A stretch of 63,724 nucleotides of DNA, the filler included, from Candidatus Zapsychrus exili (GTDB lineage: Bacteria > Omnitrophota > Gorgyraeia > Zapsychrales > Zapsychraceae), in the NCBI GenBank assembly GCA_030765585.1. It is 5 parts of 5 records of this genome, joined end to end, with 100 filler letters (N's around TTAATTAATTAA, not from the genome) between each part and the next. Parts side by side here need not be neighbours in the genome. Positions count along the whole stretch, not along the records: positions 1 to 12,209 come from JAVCCJ010000006.1; 4 more parts are not named here. One strand, given 5' to 3'. Position 1 is the first letter of the stretch, and each line of letters opens with the position of its first letter. The notes beneath the pieces were generated by a model, which was not told the DNA's origin, did no database searches, and worked only from the letters and a program-made list of their open reading frames with translations. Below, piece by piece: positions 1 through 9,702 of the stretch. The position numbers were made by a program, and so were the translations under genes.

Positions 1-91
1 GGGGAGAGGGTTAGGGTGAGGGGCTTTTATTCTTACCCCTCATCTCTGTCTTCCTAAAGAAAGACAGGTCTTCTCCCCAAAGGGGAGAAGG
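1..91. repeat. REP-like palindromic element (CCCCTCTCCC/GGGAGAGGG type), left end cut by window edge
   Basis: GGGGAGAGGGTTAGGGTGAGGGG...CCCCTCATC...CTTCTCCCCAAAGGGGAGAAGG; same layout as copy at 4881-4954. Confidence 0.75.
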
Positions 92-323
92 AAAAAAGAA
101 TTATTAAATAATTTTAAAGTGTTACCATTATTGTGAAGTAGTACAACGCCACGGCGCAACTATTTCTACAAAGAGCAAGAGACTGTGTTGATTTTAGCAG
201 TATTTATTGATTGTTTATTAGACAATAGGCCGCAATTACTTTTTAAACTAGTTTTTAGTTGTAATGCTTAAATGCGAATAGTACAATTATTAATACTAAT
301 ATTAATTTAAATTATTCTTAATA

Positions 324-1106
324 ATGAGTGATAACAAATTTAAATACATTTTTGGTCCAGTTTCTTCTTGGAGGTTAGGTAGATCTTTAGGCATCGACCC
401 AATTTCTGGAAATAGTAAAATATGCAATTTCAATTGTATTTATTGTCAGTTAGGCGAAACCAAAGAAATGGTTGGCATAAGAAAAGAGTTTGTCTCAACA
501 GATAGTCTTATTGCCGAGCTTAAAAGATTTCCAAAAGCAGAAGTTGATTATTATACGTTTTCATCTAATGGAGAGCCTACTTTGGCGTCTAATTTAGGAG
601 AAATGATAACGCAAGTTAAAGATATTACAGGAGGTAAGGTTGCGGTAATTACAAATGCAAGTTTAATCAATGACAAAACCGTGCAAAATGATTTATGTAA
701 TGCTGATCTTGTCTCAATTAAGCTTGATGCTAATTGCGATGAGATATTAAATGGGGTTAATAGACCGCTTAAAAGTGTTCTTTTTGATGATATTATCGAG
801 GGAATAAAGTTTTTCAAGATTATATTTAAGGGCAAGCTTAGCATCCAGGTAATGTTTGTTGAGCAAAATAAGCAATTTGCCCAGAGAATTGCTAAAATAG
901 TAAAAGAAATAGAGCCAGATGAAGTGCAAATAAATACTCCTTTAAGACCATCTGCTGCGAAGCCTTTATGCAAAGATGAGTTGAATAAAATAAAGAAGTT
1001 TTTTGATGGACTAAATGTATCATTTGTTTATGATGTAGAAAAAAAAGAGGTGCAGCCTCTTAATAAAGAAGATGCAAAAAAACGACACGGGGATTTTGAT
1101 AAATAA
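324..1106 (+). CDS. Radical SAM protein (COG0731-like Fe-S oxidoreductase)
   Basis: CNFNCIYC (CxxxCxxC), [17 protein letters not shown]-terminus, GEPTL motif. Confidence 0.85.
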   Translation: MSDNKFKYIFGPVSSWRLGRSLGIDPISGNSKICNFNCIYCQLGETKEMVGIRKEFVSTDSLIAELKRFPKAEVDYYTFSSNGEPTLASNLGEMITQVKDITGGKVAVITNASLINDKTVQNDLCNADLVSIKLDANCDEILNGVNRPLKSVLFDDIIEGIKFFKIIFKGKLSIQVMFVEQNKQFAQRIAKIVKEIEPDEVQINTPLRPSAAKPLCKDELNKIKKFFDGLNVSFVYDVEKKEVQPLNKEDAKKRHGDFDK

Positions 1107-1107
1107 A

Positions 1108-4100
1108 ATGAAAAATATCTTTAAAATATTAAAAGAAATATTAAGCAAACGTATTGTTATTCTTGACGGCGCAATGGGTACAATGATTCAGCGATACAAT
1201 TTAACCGAGGATAATTATCGAGGCAATGAATTTAAAAGTCATTCATTCGACCTTAAGGGTAATAACGATATTTTATCTTTAACAGCCCCTAATATTGTCA
1301 AAGACATTCATCGTGCTTATTTGCAAGCTGGTGCAGATATCATTGAGACAAATACTTTCTGTGCTAATGCGATGAGTCAGAGTGATTATAAAACAGAATC
1401 TCTTGTGTATAGATTGAATTTAGAATCAGCTAAGCTTGCCAAAGAACTTACAAAAGAATTTTCTATCAAGAATCCAAATAAGCCTCGTTTTGTTGCAGGT
1501 TCAATAGGTCCGCTAAACAAAACATTATCTATTTCTCCCGACGTAAATGATCCTGGATATAGGGCAGTTACTTTTGATGAAGTTGTAGGTGCTTATACAG
1601 AGCAAATTAAGGGTCTTATTGATGGTGATGTAGACTTACTTATCATTGAGACAGTTTTTGATACATTAAACTGTAAAGCAGCTATTTTTGCAGCACAAAG
1701 TTATTTTGAGAAAATAGGTAAAGAATTGCCGATAATTATTTCAGGCACTATTGTAGATAAGTCAGGAAGACTTCTCTCAGGACAAACATTAGAAGCGTTC
1801 TCAATATCAATAGCGCATGCAAAGCCGTTAGCAATAGGTCTTAATTGTGCGTTTGGTGCAGAAGAAATGCGTTCACATATTGAGGAGCTTTCTAGTATTG
1901 CTAATTGTTATATTAGTTGTTATCCAAATGCGGGACTTCCTAATCAAATGGGAGAATACGATCAGGATGCTACTCAGATGGCGAAATTAATAGGTGAATT
2001 TGCAAAAGGTGGATTTGTTAATATTGTTGGTGGATGTTGCGGCACAACTGACGAGCATATAAACGCAATTGCGCAAGAGGTAGAAAACATACTTCCGAGA
2101 AAGATACCTGAGATAAAGATACAGTCAAGCTACAGCGGATTAGAAGCGCTTATCGTAAGAGAAGATTCTAACTTTGTAAATATAGGCGAAAGAACAAATG
2201 TCGCAGGTTCAAAGAAGTTTGCCCGTCTTATTAAAGAGGAAAACTTTGAGGAAGCTTTATCTGTTGCTCGTCAGCAGGTGGAAGCTGGTGCGCAGGCAAT
2301 TGATATTAATATGGATGATGCAATGATTGATTCAGAAAACGTTATGGTTAAGTTTTTAAAGCTTATCTCTTCAGAGCCTGAAATATCAAGAGTACCAATA
2401 ATGATTGATTCGTCTAAGTTTTCTACAATTGAAGCTGGTTTAAAATGTATATCTGGTAAGGCGATAGTTAATTCTATTTCTCTAAAAGAGGGAGATGATG
2501 TTTTTGTTGAGCACGCTAAGCTTATTAGTCGTTATGGTGCAGCTGTCGTGGTGATGGCATTTGATGAAAAAGGTCAGGCTGATACATTAGAGCGTAAAAA
2601 AGAAATATGTAAAAGAGCATATGATATTTTAATGAATGTTGTTGGTTTTCCACCACAAGATATTATTTTTGACCCTAATATTTTTGCAGTTGCAACAGGG
2701 ATTGAAGATCATAACAATTATGCGGTTGATTATATTGAGGCAACTAGATGGATTAAAAAGAATTTACCATATGCTTTAGTGAGCGGAGGTGTAAGTAATG
2801 TTTCTTTCTCTTTTAGAGGCAATAATGTAATTCGCGAAGCAATGCATTCTGTATTTTTATATCATGCAATTAAAGCCGGAATGAGCCTAGGTATTGTAAA
2901 TGCTGGAATGATTGAGGTTTATGACGAGATTAAGAAGGATTTATTAATTTTAATTGAGGACGTTATTTTAAATAGAAAGAATAATGCAACTGAGAAATTA
3001 ATTAAGCGAGTAGGAGAGTTTACAGGTGAAGATAAGAAGCAAATAGAGACTTTAAGTTGGCGCAAAGAATCTTTAGAAACGAGACTTTCTCATGCACTTA
3101 TAAAGGGCATTGTTGAATATATAGAAGTTGATATTAAAGAGGCACTTATTAAGTATTCTAGTCCAATAGAAATTATTGAGGGGCCTTTGATGGATGGTAT
3201 GAATACGGTGGGCGACTTATTTGGAGAAGGTAAAATGTTTTTACCTCAAGTGGTTAAGTCTGCAAGAGTTATGAAACAAGCATCTGCTATTTTACAACCT
3301 TTTATTGAAAAAGATAAAAGTAAGAAACAAAAATCAGCAGGGAAAATTCTTTTAGCAACTGTTAAAGGGGATGTTCATGATATTGGTAAAAATATTGTTG
3401 GCGTTGTTTTGGCTTGCAATAACTTTTCCATTGTTGATTTAGGAGTTATGGTCTCTTGTGAAAAGATATTAGAAGAAGCAAAAAAAGAGAATGTGGATAT
3501 GATAGGCTTAAGCGGTCTTATTACTCCGTCATTAGAAGAGATAGTACATATCTCAAAAGAAATGGAAAGACAAGGGCTTAAGATTCCTCTTTTAGTCGGT
3601 GGAGCAACTACATCAGTTGCACATACTGCAATTAAAATATCTCCCCAATATAGCGGAGAAACATTTTATGTGAAAGACGCTTCACGCAGCGTAGGGGTGT
3701 GTAAAGCAATTATGGATTGTGGTTTGTTTAAAGATCTTAAAGCTAAGACAGAGCATGAATATGATAAGGTGCGACAAATTTATTCTGAGAGTTCAAAGCA
3801 TAAGGAATTTGTGTCTATTGATGAAGCACGTAAAAACAGGATGTCAGTTGATTGGAGTAAGGCAACACTAAATGAACCAAAAATTCTAGGGACAAAGATA
3901 TTTAAAGATTTTGATTTAGAAGAAATCGTTAAGCGTATTGATTGGACTTTCTTTTTTGTTAATTGGGAGCTACGTGCAAAATTTCCAGATATTTTAGAGC
4001 ATCCTAAATATGGTAAGGAAGCGAAAAAATTGTTTGAAGATGGGGTCACCCTTTTGAGTGAAATTATTGATAAAAAGCTTATCCGTGCAAATGGTGTTGT

Positions 4101-4773
4101 TGGAATTTATCCAGCTAATAGTGCGGGAGACGATATTGAGGTTTACAGCGATGAGTCACGCAAAGATGTAGTCGCTACAGTTCATACCTTGCGCCAGCAA
4201 CAAAAGAAGGATAATGAACCTAATCTTGCATTATCTGACACCATTGCTCCTAAAGAGACGGGTTTAAAGGATTATTTAGGTACATTTGCTCTTACTACTG
4301 GTATTGGAGTGAAAGAATTGGTAGAAAAATATAAGAAAGGTAACGATGATTACAGAGCAATAATGGTACAAGCTTTAGCTAATCGTTTGGCAGAAGGATT
4401 TGCAGAAGTGCTTCATGAAAAAGTGCGCAAAGAATTGTGGGAATATTCGCCTAATGAGAATTTAATCAATGAAGAAGTTTTTAAGGGCAATTATCGTGGT
4501 ATAAGACCAGCTCCAGGATATCCGGCAAGTCCAGATCATACTGAAAAAGATATTATTTTTAAATTAATGTCTGCTAGAGAGAATACTGGAATAGAGCTAA
4601 CAGAGAGTTTTATGATGTCGCCTGTTGCATCTGTGTGTGGACTTTACTTTGCATGTCCTAAGATTAAATATTTTGATGTAGGGAAAATACAAAAAGATCA
4701 AATGCAAGATTATGCAAAAAGAAAAGGCTTAAGCCTTTCAGAGGTTGAAAAATGGCTTGCATCTAACACCTAA
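1108..4773 (+). CDS. metH: Cobalamin-dependent methionine synthase
   Basis: [16 protein letters not shown] (Zn), [10 protein letters not shown] pterin domain, DVHDIGKN B12-binding, RPAPGYP activation domain; start placed at ATG 1108 just after upstream stop. Confidence 0.97.
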   Translation: MKNIFKILKEILSKRIVILDGAMGTMIQRYNLTEDNYRGNEFKSHSFDLKGNNDILSLTAPNIVKDIHRAYLQAGADIIETNTFCANAMSQSDYKTESLVYRLNLESAKLAKELTKEFSIKNPNKPRFVAGSIGPLNKTLSISPDVNDPGYRAVTFDEVVGAYTEQIKGLIDGDVDLLIIETVFDTLNCKAAIFAAQSYFEKIGKELPIIISGTIVDKSGRLLSGQTLEAFSISIAHAKPLAIGLNCAFGAEEMRSHIEELSSIANCYISCYPNAGLPNQMGEYDQDATQMAKLIGEFAKGGFVNIVGGCCGTTDEHINAIAQEVENILPRKIPEIKIQSSYSGLEALIVREDSNFVNIGERTNVAGSKKFARLIKEENFEEALSVARQQVEAGAQAIDINMDDAMIDSENVMVKFLKLISSEPEISRVPIMIDSSKFSTIEAGLKCISGKAIVNSISLKEGDDVFVEHAKLISRYGAAVVVMAFDEKGQADTLERKKEICKRAYDILMNVVGFPPQDIIFDPNIFAVATGIEDHNNYAVDYIEATRWIKKNLPYALVSGGVSNVSFSFRGNNVIREAMHSVFLYHAIKAGMSLGIVNAGMIEVYDEIKKDLLILIEDVILNRKNNATEKLIKRVGEFTGEDKKQIETLSWRKESLETRLSHALIKGIVEYIEVDIKEALIKYSSPIEIIEGPLMDGMNTVGDLFGEGKMFLPQVVKSARVMKQASAILQPFIEKDKSKKQKSAGKILLATVKGDVHDIGKNIVGVVLACNNFSIVDLGVMVSCEKILEEAKKENVDMIGLSGLITPSLEEIVHISKEMERQGLKIPLLVGGATTSVAHTAIKISPQYSGETFYVKDASRSVGVCKAIMDCGLFKDLKAKTEHEYDKVRQIYSESSKHKEFVSIDEARKNRMSVDWSKATLNEPKILGTKIFKDFDLEEIVKRIDWTFFFVNWELRAKFPDILEHPKYGKEAKKLFEDGVTLLSEIIDKKLIRANGVVGIYPANSAGDDIEVYSDESRKDVVATVHTLRQQQKKDNEPNLALSDTIAPKETGLKDYLGTFALTTGIGVKELVEKYKKGNDDYRAIMVQALANRLAEGFAEVLHEKVRKELWEYSPNENLINEEVFKGNYRGIRPAPGYPASPDHTEKDIIFKLMSARENTGIELTESFMMSPVASVCGLYFACPKIKYFDVGKIQKDQMQDYAKRKGLSLSEVEKWLASNT

Positions 4774-4799
4774 ACCAATACTGGATGTTGGTTTAGGTG
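4767..4799. repeat. 14-bp-stem hairpin overlapping metH stop codon
   Basis: CACCTAAACCAATA-CTGGA-TGTTGGTTTAGGTG. Confidence 0.65.
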
Positions 4800-4880
4800 C
4801 TTGCCCGTATCGTTTTACGGTTAGGTTGAGGTAATAAAAAATTATTTTTTGAATTTGTTATTTGTTTAATAATAAAGTTT

Positions 4881-4954
4881 TCCTCTCCCCTTTGGGGAGA
4901 GGACGAAGGTGAGGGGTCCCTCATCCTAGCCTTCTCCCTAAAAGGGAGAAGGGA
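4881..4954. repeat. REP-like palindromic element (CCTCTCCCC/GGGGAGAGG type)
   Basis: TCCTCTCCCCTTTGGGGAGAGGA...GGTGAGGGG TCCCTCATCC...CCTTCTCCCTAAAAGGGAGAAGGG; two inverted hairpin units. Confidence 0.8.
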
Positions 4955-4975
4955 GAACAGAGAGTAGGGATATTG

Positions 4976-5653
4976 ATGGTAGAATTGACGGGAAGTCTTA
5001 AGGATTATTTTATTGTTTTTGCGGCAGGAGTTGCGGTAAGCTTTACCCCTTGCGTTTATCCTGTTATACCAATAACTGCAAGTTTTATTGCTGGAATAAA
5101 CACTAAAGGTACTAAATTGACAGGATTTATTATTTCTTTAATCTATGTTTTCGGAGTAGCGATAACATATTGTACTTTAGCTGTTATTGCAGCTTTAACA
5201 GGTAAGCTTTTTGGGCAGATTCAGAATAATCCAATAACATTTCTTATTTTATCAGGCGCATTCTTTGTTTTTGCCATTGGGATGCTAGATATTATTACTA
5301 TTCCGTCTTTGGGAATTTCATTGGGTAATAAAATAAAAACTAAAAATATTTGGACAGTTATTTTGTTTGGAATTATCTCTGGTTTAGCCATATCTGCCTG
5401 TACCGCTCCTATTTTAGGAGCCTTGCTTTTTTATGTTGCTTCTAAACAGAATATTGTTCGAGCAATAAGCCTTGTTTTTGTCTTTTCTTATGGAGTAGGA
5501 GCATCGTTGATTTTAATTGGAACATTCAGCGGTATTTTAGCAAAGCTTCCTAAGCCAGGACTATGGCTTATCAAAGTAAAAAAGTTTTGTGGAATTGTAA
5601 TGTTGTTAATAGGTGTATTTTTCTTGATAAAAGCTATTGGATTGTTAATTTAA
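4976..5653 (+). CDS. CcdA/DsbD transmembrane domain protein (thiol-disulfide interchange)
   Basis: SFTPCVYPVIPIT and SACTAPIL catalytic Cys motifs, about 6 TM segments, LPKPG-WL. Confidence 0.9.
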   Translation: MVELTGSLKDYFIVFAAGVAVSFTPCVYPVIPITASFIAGINTKGTKLTGFIISLIYVFGVAITYCTLAVIAALTGKLFGQIQNNPITFLILSGAFFVFAIGMLDIITIPSLGISLGNKIKTKNIWTVILFGIISGLAISACTAPILGALLFYVASKQNIVRAISLVFVFSYGVGASLILIGTFSGILAKLPKPGLWLIKVKKFCGIVMLLIGVFFLIKAIGLLI

Positions 5654-5738
5654 TAAAAATTCATTAGATATCGACTTTTTAATAATAATACGTATAATAA
5701 ATTAAAACTTATTTGTTAAAGAAAAAAGGAGGAGTAGT

Positions 5739-6224
5739 ATGAAAAAATATTTAATTTTAATGTTGGCATTGGCTTTTGTTTTATCTTTTACGCAGCTAGC
5801 TATTTGTCAAGAAGAAGTAGAGGCGCCAGTAACTGATGAAGCTATTGAAGCTGTTGTTGAAGAAGTAGTAGAGTCTAATGTAGAAGAAATGGTAGAAGAA
5901 ATGGAAGAAGCGGTAGAAGAGGCCTTGGAAGAGGGCGTGATTGATGAAGAAGCGGTAGAAGAGGTTTTGGAAGAGGGTGTGATTGATGAAGAAATGGTAG
6001 AAGAAATTATTTTAGATGAAGATGGAAATGTTATTGAAGTAATAGAAGAGATTCTTTTAGATGAAGATGGAAATCCAATTGAAATAGAAGTTTTAGAAGA
6101 TATTTTCCAGGAAGAAGTTGCTCTTGAAGATATGATTGCTGGAGCAGTTGATGCTGAAGAAGTAACAGAAGAAATGGAAGAAGAATACGAAGCAATGGAA
6201 GCAGCTGAAGAAGTGCTTCAATAA
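5739..6224 (+). CDS. Secreted, extremely Glu/Asp-rich protein of unknown function
   Basis: Strong SD GGAGGAG, signal peptide MKKYLILMLALAFVLSFTQLAIC, acidic mature part, downstream terminator. Confidence 0.8.
   Translation: MKKYLILMLALAFVLSFTQLAICQEEVEAPVTDEAIEAVVEEVVESNVEEMVEEMEEAVEEALEEGVIDEEAVEEVLEEGVIDEEMVEEIILDEDGNVIEVIEEILLDEDGNPIEIEVLEDIFQEEVALEDMIAGAVDAEEVTEEMEEEYEAMEAAEEVLQ
5904..6089 (+). repeat. In-frame tandem repeats (2x42 bp, then 2x45 bp)
   Basis: 5904-5945 vs 5946-5987 match at 39/42; 6000-6044 vs 6045-6089 both encode EEI.LDEDGN.IE.. Confidence 0.85.
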
Positions 6225-6244
6225 CGAAATTACAAAAAGTAGTC

Positions 6245-6294
6245 AAAAAGGTACCTGGTTCTTTTATACAAAAAGAACCAGGTACCTTTTTTTT
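6245..6294. terminator. Bidirectional intrinsic terminator between convergent genes
   Basis: AAAAAGGTACCTGGTTCTTTT-atac-AAAAAGAACCAGGTACCTTTTTTTT. Confidence 0.8.
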
Positions 6295-6312
6295 GTGTTT
6301 AAATGTTTTATT

Positions 6313-7185
6313 CTATGAGTATACTTTGGTTAGAATGTTTTTTGTGGGGTCAAGTTTATTTAAGGTGTAGAAGTGAAGTCCATCTGCGCCATTATCAAGT
6401 AAGTCTTTGCACTGTCGTGCTGCAAAATTAATTCCAGCCTCAAGTGTTGCTTCTTTGTCATTTTTAATAGGTTCGAATATTTGTTTTACTTCGTTTGTTA
6501 TAGTTGCACCACAAAGTGTCGAAAATTTTAATAATCCTTGATAATTTGTTATAGGAAGTATGCCGGGAAGTATTCTTGCTTTAACTTCTAATTCACGTAG
6601 GCGTTTTACATATTTAAAATAATCATTATTGTCAAAAAATAATTGTGTAATTACAAAGTCAGCTCCAGAATCAATTTTGTTTTTTAAATACTTAGCGTCT
6701 AATTCTTTATCTTTGCACAGAATATGTCCTTCTGGGAAGCCTGCAACACCAATGCAGAAATAATCGTTAAAGTTTTCTTTGGCAAATGCACAAAGTTCAG
6801 AAGAATATTTAAAGTTATCTTCTGTTGGTTGCCAATTAGGATTTTCTATTGAAGGATCGCCTCTTAAGGCCAGTATGTTTTTAATATTACGTGATTTTAT
6901 ATCTTCTAGAATTGTTTTTATTTCTTCTTTAGTGTTTAGTACGCAGGTAAGATGGGCAATGCCTGTTATATTAAATTTATTTTGAATAAGCTCTACGATG
7001 TCTAAGGTCTTACTTCTTTCAGTGCCACCTGCGCCATATGTACATGAAATAAAATCAGGATTAAGCTCACAAAGACCTTCGACAGTTTTGTTTAGATTCT
7101 TTAGGCCTTCTTCTGTTTTTGGTGGAAACAGTTCGAATGATAGAGTTTTATTTTTTGCTTTAAATATGTCTGTTATTTTATTCAT
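6313..7185 (-). CDS. metF: 5,10-methylenetetrahydrofolate reductase
   Basis: SFELFPPK, CTYGAGG, AHLTC, LALRGD, ITQLFFD, HFYTLN. Confidence 0.96.
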   Translation of the reverse strand: MNKITDIFKAKNKTLSFELFPPKTEEGLKNLNKTVEGLCELNPDFISCTYGAGGTERSKTLDIVELIQNKFNITGIAHLTCVLNTKEEIKTILEDIKSRNIKNILALRGDPSIENPNWQPTEDNFKYSSELCAFAKENFNDYFCIGVAGFPEGHILCKDKELDAKYLKNKIDSGADFVITQLFFDNNDYFKYVKRLRELEVKARILPGILPITNYQGLLKFSTLCGATITNEVKQIFEPIKNDKEATLEAGINFAARQCKDLLDNGADGLHFYTLNKLDPTKNILTKVYS

Positions 7186-7318
7186 GATATTCTTTTGAAC
7201 TTTTAAGTTAATATGAGTATAATCTTAATATAAAGTGAAATTGAAATTAATCAAAGGATTTTTTAATTTGATTCTTTTTGTTGATTTTGTATATTGTTTT
7301 ATTAAAAATAAAAATATT

Positions 7319-7398
7319 TGTCATTGCGAGGAGCGAAGCGACGCGGCAATCTATTTATGAGATTGCCACGCTCGTCTTACGACTCGCTCGCAATGACA
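7319..7398. repeat. REP-like composite palindrome (GTCATTGCGAG...CTCGCAATGAC type)
   Basis: TGTCATTGCGAGGAGCGAAGCGACGCGGCAATCT...AGATTGCCACGCTCG...CTCGCTCGCAATGACA. Confidence 0.85.
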
Positions 7399-7414
7399 GC
7401 AAGAAGGAAACATT

Positions 7415-8479
7415 ATGAAAATAGCTTTAGTTACAGGCTCTTTAGGTTTGATAGGTTCAGAGGCTGTTAAATATTTTAAACTTAAAGGGTTTGATATCAT
7501 TGGAATAGATAATGACATGCGAAAGTATTTTTTTGGCGACAACGCATCAACTTCTTGGAACAAGAAGCTTTTGATAGAGAACGTAGAAGGTTATAAGCAC
7601 TATGACTTAGATATTCGCGATCTTACCGGCTTGACACAAATCTTCAAAGAATATAATAAAGATATCAAAGTAATAATACATACAGCGGCGCAACCATCAC
7701 ATGATTGGGCGGCACGTGAACCATTGACTGATTTTGAGATAAATGCTAATGGTACGCTCAATTTACTAGAGTTGACCAGAAATAATTGTCCTGAAGCTGT
7801 GTTTATTTTTACAAGTACGAATAAGGTTTATGGTGACACTCCTAACAGCTTGCCTTTAATAGAAGAAGAGAGTCGTTTTGAAATATCTAAGGATAATAAG
7901 TTTTTTGATGGAATTGATGAGTCGATGAGTATTGATCAATCAAAACATTCATTGTTTGGAGCATCAAAAGTAGCAGCAGATGTATTAGTTCAGGAGTACG
8001 GTAGATACTTTGGCATAAAAAGTGTGTGCTTCAGGGGAGGGTGCTTGACGGGTCCAAATCATAGTGGGGCTATGCTTCATGGATTTTTATCATTTTTAGT
8101 AAAATGCTGTATCACAGGAGAAACCTATTCTATTCTAGGATATAAGGGAAAACAGGTTAGGGATAATATTCACAGCCATGATTTAGTTAATGCTTTTTAT
8201 CATTTTTATCAAAATCCAAAGGTAGCTCAAGTTTACAATATTGGTGGCGGTAGAGAAAATAGCTGTTCTATTTTAGAAGCTATTAAAGCTTGCGAAGATA
8301 TATCAGGCAAAAAGTTGAACACTAAGTATGTAGAAGATAGTAGGGCGGGCGATCATATTTGGTATATAAGTAGTTTGGAGAAATTTAAAAGGCATTATCC
8401 TGAGTGGTCATTAAAATATGGGCTAGAAGAGATAATTAAAGAAATATTTGAAGATGGGTTATCTAAGTGGGGTAAATAG
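7415..8479 (+). CDS. NAD-dependent sugar epimerase, CDP-paratose 2-epimerase (RfbE)-like
   Basis: [40 protein letters not shown]. Confidence 0.85.
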   Translation: MKIALVTGSLGLIGSEAVKYFKLKGFDIIGIDNDMRKYFFGDNASTSWNKKLLIENVEGYKHYDLDIRDLTGLTQIFKEYNKDIKVIIHTAAQPSHDWAAREPLTDFEINANGTLNLLELTRNNCPEAVFIFTSTNKVYGDTPNSLPLIEEESRFEISKDNKFFDGIDESMSIDQSKHSLFGASKVAADVLVQEYGRYFGIKSVCFRGGCLTGPNHSGAMLHGFLSFLVKCCITGETYSILGYKGKQVRDNIHSHDLVNAFYHFYQNPKVAQVYNIGGGRENSCSILEAIKACEDISGKKLNTKYVEDSRAGDHIWYISSLEKFKRHYPEWSLKYGLEEIIKEIFEDGLSKWGK

Positions 8480-8508
8480 GCAATAATTTTACTAATTTTT
8501 GAATTTTC

Positions 8509-8537
8509 TTGACTTTGCATCAAACTTAATTTATATT
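8509..8537 (+). promoter_or_regulatory. Putative sigma70 promoter
   Basis: TTGACT-17 nt-TATATT upstream of SD GGAGG and ATG 8579. Confidence 0.55.
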
Positions 8538-8578
8538 AGCGACTACATAAGAAAAACAAAAATAGACGGAGGAATTTT

Positions 8579-9082
8579 ATGTTAGCAATAGGTTTACTTT
8601 TAATTGGAATAGTATCAAGATTAATAATTCACACACCTAACTTTACGCCAGTAATTGCTTTGGCATTATTTGGTGGAGTTTATTTAAAGAATAAAAAATA
8701 TGCAGTTATTTTGCCACTGACTCTTATGGCAATAACTGATATGTTTTTAGGATTTCACAATATAATGTTATTTACTTGGGGGAGCATTGCTTTAATCGCG
8801 TTTGCTGGAATTTATGTTCGCAAGAATAAGACATTTAATACAGTTTTTTCATCAAATGTATTATCAGCAGTAGCGTTTTTTGTTGTAACAAATATAGGCG
8901 TTTGGGCATCTTCTGGAATGTATACACTTGATTTTGCAGGATTAACTAGATGTTTCATGCTTGCAGTACCATTTTTTAGAATGACATTATTGAGTACAGT
9001 TGTTTATGCTGTTGCATTGTTTGGAGTATATGAGCTAGCAGCCTTAAAGCTTAAAAATACAAAGCTAGCTTTTGTATTATAA
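8579..9082 (+). CDS. DUF6580/BtuM-like solitary S-component membrane transporter, probably for cobalamin
   Basis: SRL..HTPNFTPVIALALFGG, FFVVTNIGVW, PFF motifs; about 5-6 TMs; directly upstream of B12 riboswitch and BtuB-like gene. Confidence 0.7.
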   Translation: MLAIGLLLIGIVSRLIIHTPNFTPVIALALFGGVYLKNKKYAVILPLTLMAITDMFLGFHNIMLFTWGSIALIAFAGIYVRKNKTFNTVFSSNVLSAVAFFVVTNIGVWASSGMYTLDFAGLTRCFMLAVPFFRMTLLSTVVYAVALFGVYELAALKLKNTKLAFVL

Positions 9083-9086
9083 TTAG

Positions 9087-9163
9087 TGTCATTCCGGTTT
9101 TTTGACAGAAGTCAAAAATACCGGAATCTCCTAAATGAGATTCCTGCCTTCGCAGGAATGACA
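9087..9163. repeat. REP-like composite palindrome (GTCATTCC...GGAATGAC type)
   Basis: TGTCATTCCGG...CCGGAATCT...AGATTCCTGCCTTCGCAGGAATGACA. Confidence 0.85.
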
Positions 9164-9189
9164 GAATTGTTCTTTATATTTAAAATAAT

Positions 9190-9393
9190 CTACATTGGCC
9201 TCCACATTGCAATGGAGTTAAAAGGGAATCTTGTTAGAATCAAGAACGGTCCCGCCGCTGTAATCCGGCTTTGCAAATCATTTAAATGATTTGCTGAGAA
9301 TCTTTTCGGCAGAGTGTTTGCCACTACTCTCAAAAATAGAGAGTGGGAAGGTAGTTGAAAAGACAAGGAGAGTCAGAAGACCTGCCAAAGTAG
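9190..9393 (+). ncRNA. Cobalamin riboswitch
   Basis: AAAAGGGAATC-TTG..AATCAAGAAC, GGTCCCGCCGCTGTAA, GCCACT...GGGAAGG, B12 box GAGTCAGAAGACCTGCC; closing stem CTAC.TTGGC/GCCAA.GTAG; upstream of TonB receptor. Confidence 0.92.
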
Positions 9394-9400
9394 CTACTCA

Positions 9401-9453
9401 TTTAACCCCGTTACTAAAATGGGGTTAGTCCCAATTTTAGTAACGGGGTTAAA
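9401..9453. repeat. Long palindrome (TTAACCCCG...CGGGGTTAA type)
   Basis: TTTAACCCCGTTACTAAAAT-GGGGTTAGTCCCA-ATTTTAGTAACGGGGTTAAA; related element at 46800. Confidence 0.8.
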
Positions 9454-9508
9454 TACTGCCGTAGACAGTGTTTATGAACATATATTTAGGAATAAGTAAG
9501 CAGGGTGC

Positions 9509-9557
9509 ACTCCTAATTGGAACTTTTAAAAAGTTTTGATTAGGAGTTTTGTTTTTT
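9509..9557 (+). terminator. Intrinsic terminator, likely riboswitch expression platform
   Basis: ACTCCTAATTGGAACTTT/AAAGTTTTGATTAGGAGT stem (G-U pairs on + strand) followed by T tract, before the receptor ATG. Confidence 0.7.
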
Positions 9558-9578
9558 AGGTAATAAATTGCCTAAAAA

Positions 9579-9661
9579 GATTACACGGATTAAAAGCAAG
9601 ATTACGCCGATTAAAACAATAAGTTTTATCTGTGCAATCGTTCTTAGAAATCTGTGCAATC
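9579..9661. repeat. Array of GATTACRCNGATT / AATCTGTGCAATC units (2 direct + 2 inverted)
   Basis: GATTACACGGATT, GATTACGCCGATT, ATCTGTGCAATC, AATCTGTGCAATC. Confidence 0.7.
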
Positions 9662-9702
9662 AAATAATCGCTTTAGCGATTATTTTAGAAAGGAAACAAA
9701 CA

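Noticed and set aside
92..323. SAM riboswitch upstream of radical SAM-metH
   Set aside because: No SAM-I/II consensus recognisable by eye; a cmscan would be needed to exclude other classes
5904..6089. Possible CRISPR-like repeats
   Set aside because: In-frame coding tandem repeats without unique spacers; no cas genes
7351..7563. 70-aa minus-strand ORF ending [14 protein letters not shown]
   Set aside because: Antisense of epimerase plus translation of the REP palindrome
9086..9289. 67-aa ORF
   Set aside because: Overlaps REP and riboswitch aptamer
9568..9702. 45-aa N-terminal extension of BtuB in ORF track
   Set aside because: TTG start reads through a repeat array; SD and signal peptide begin at ATG 9703
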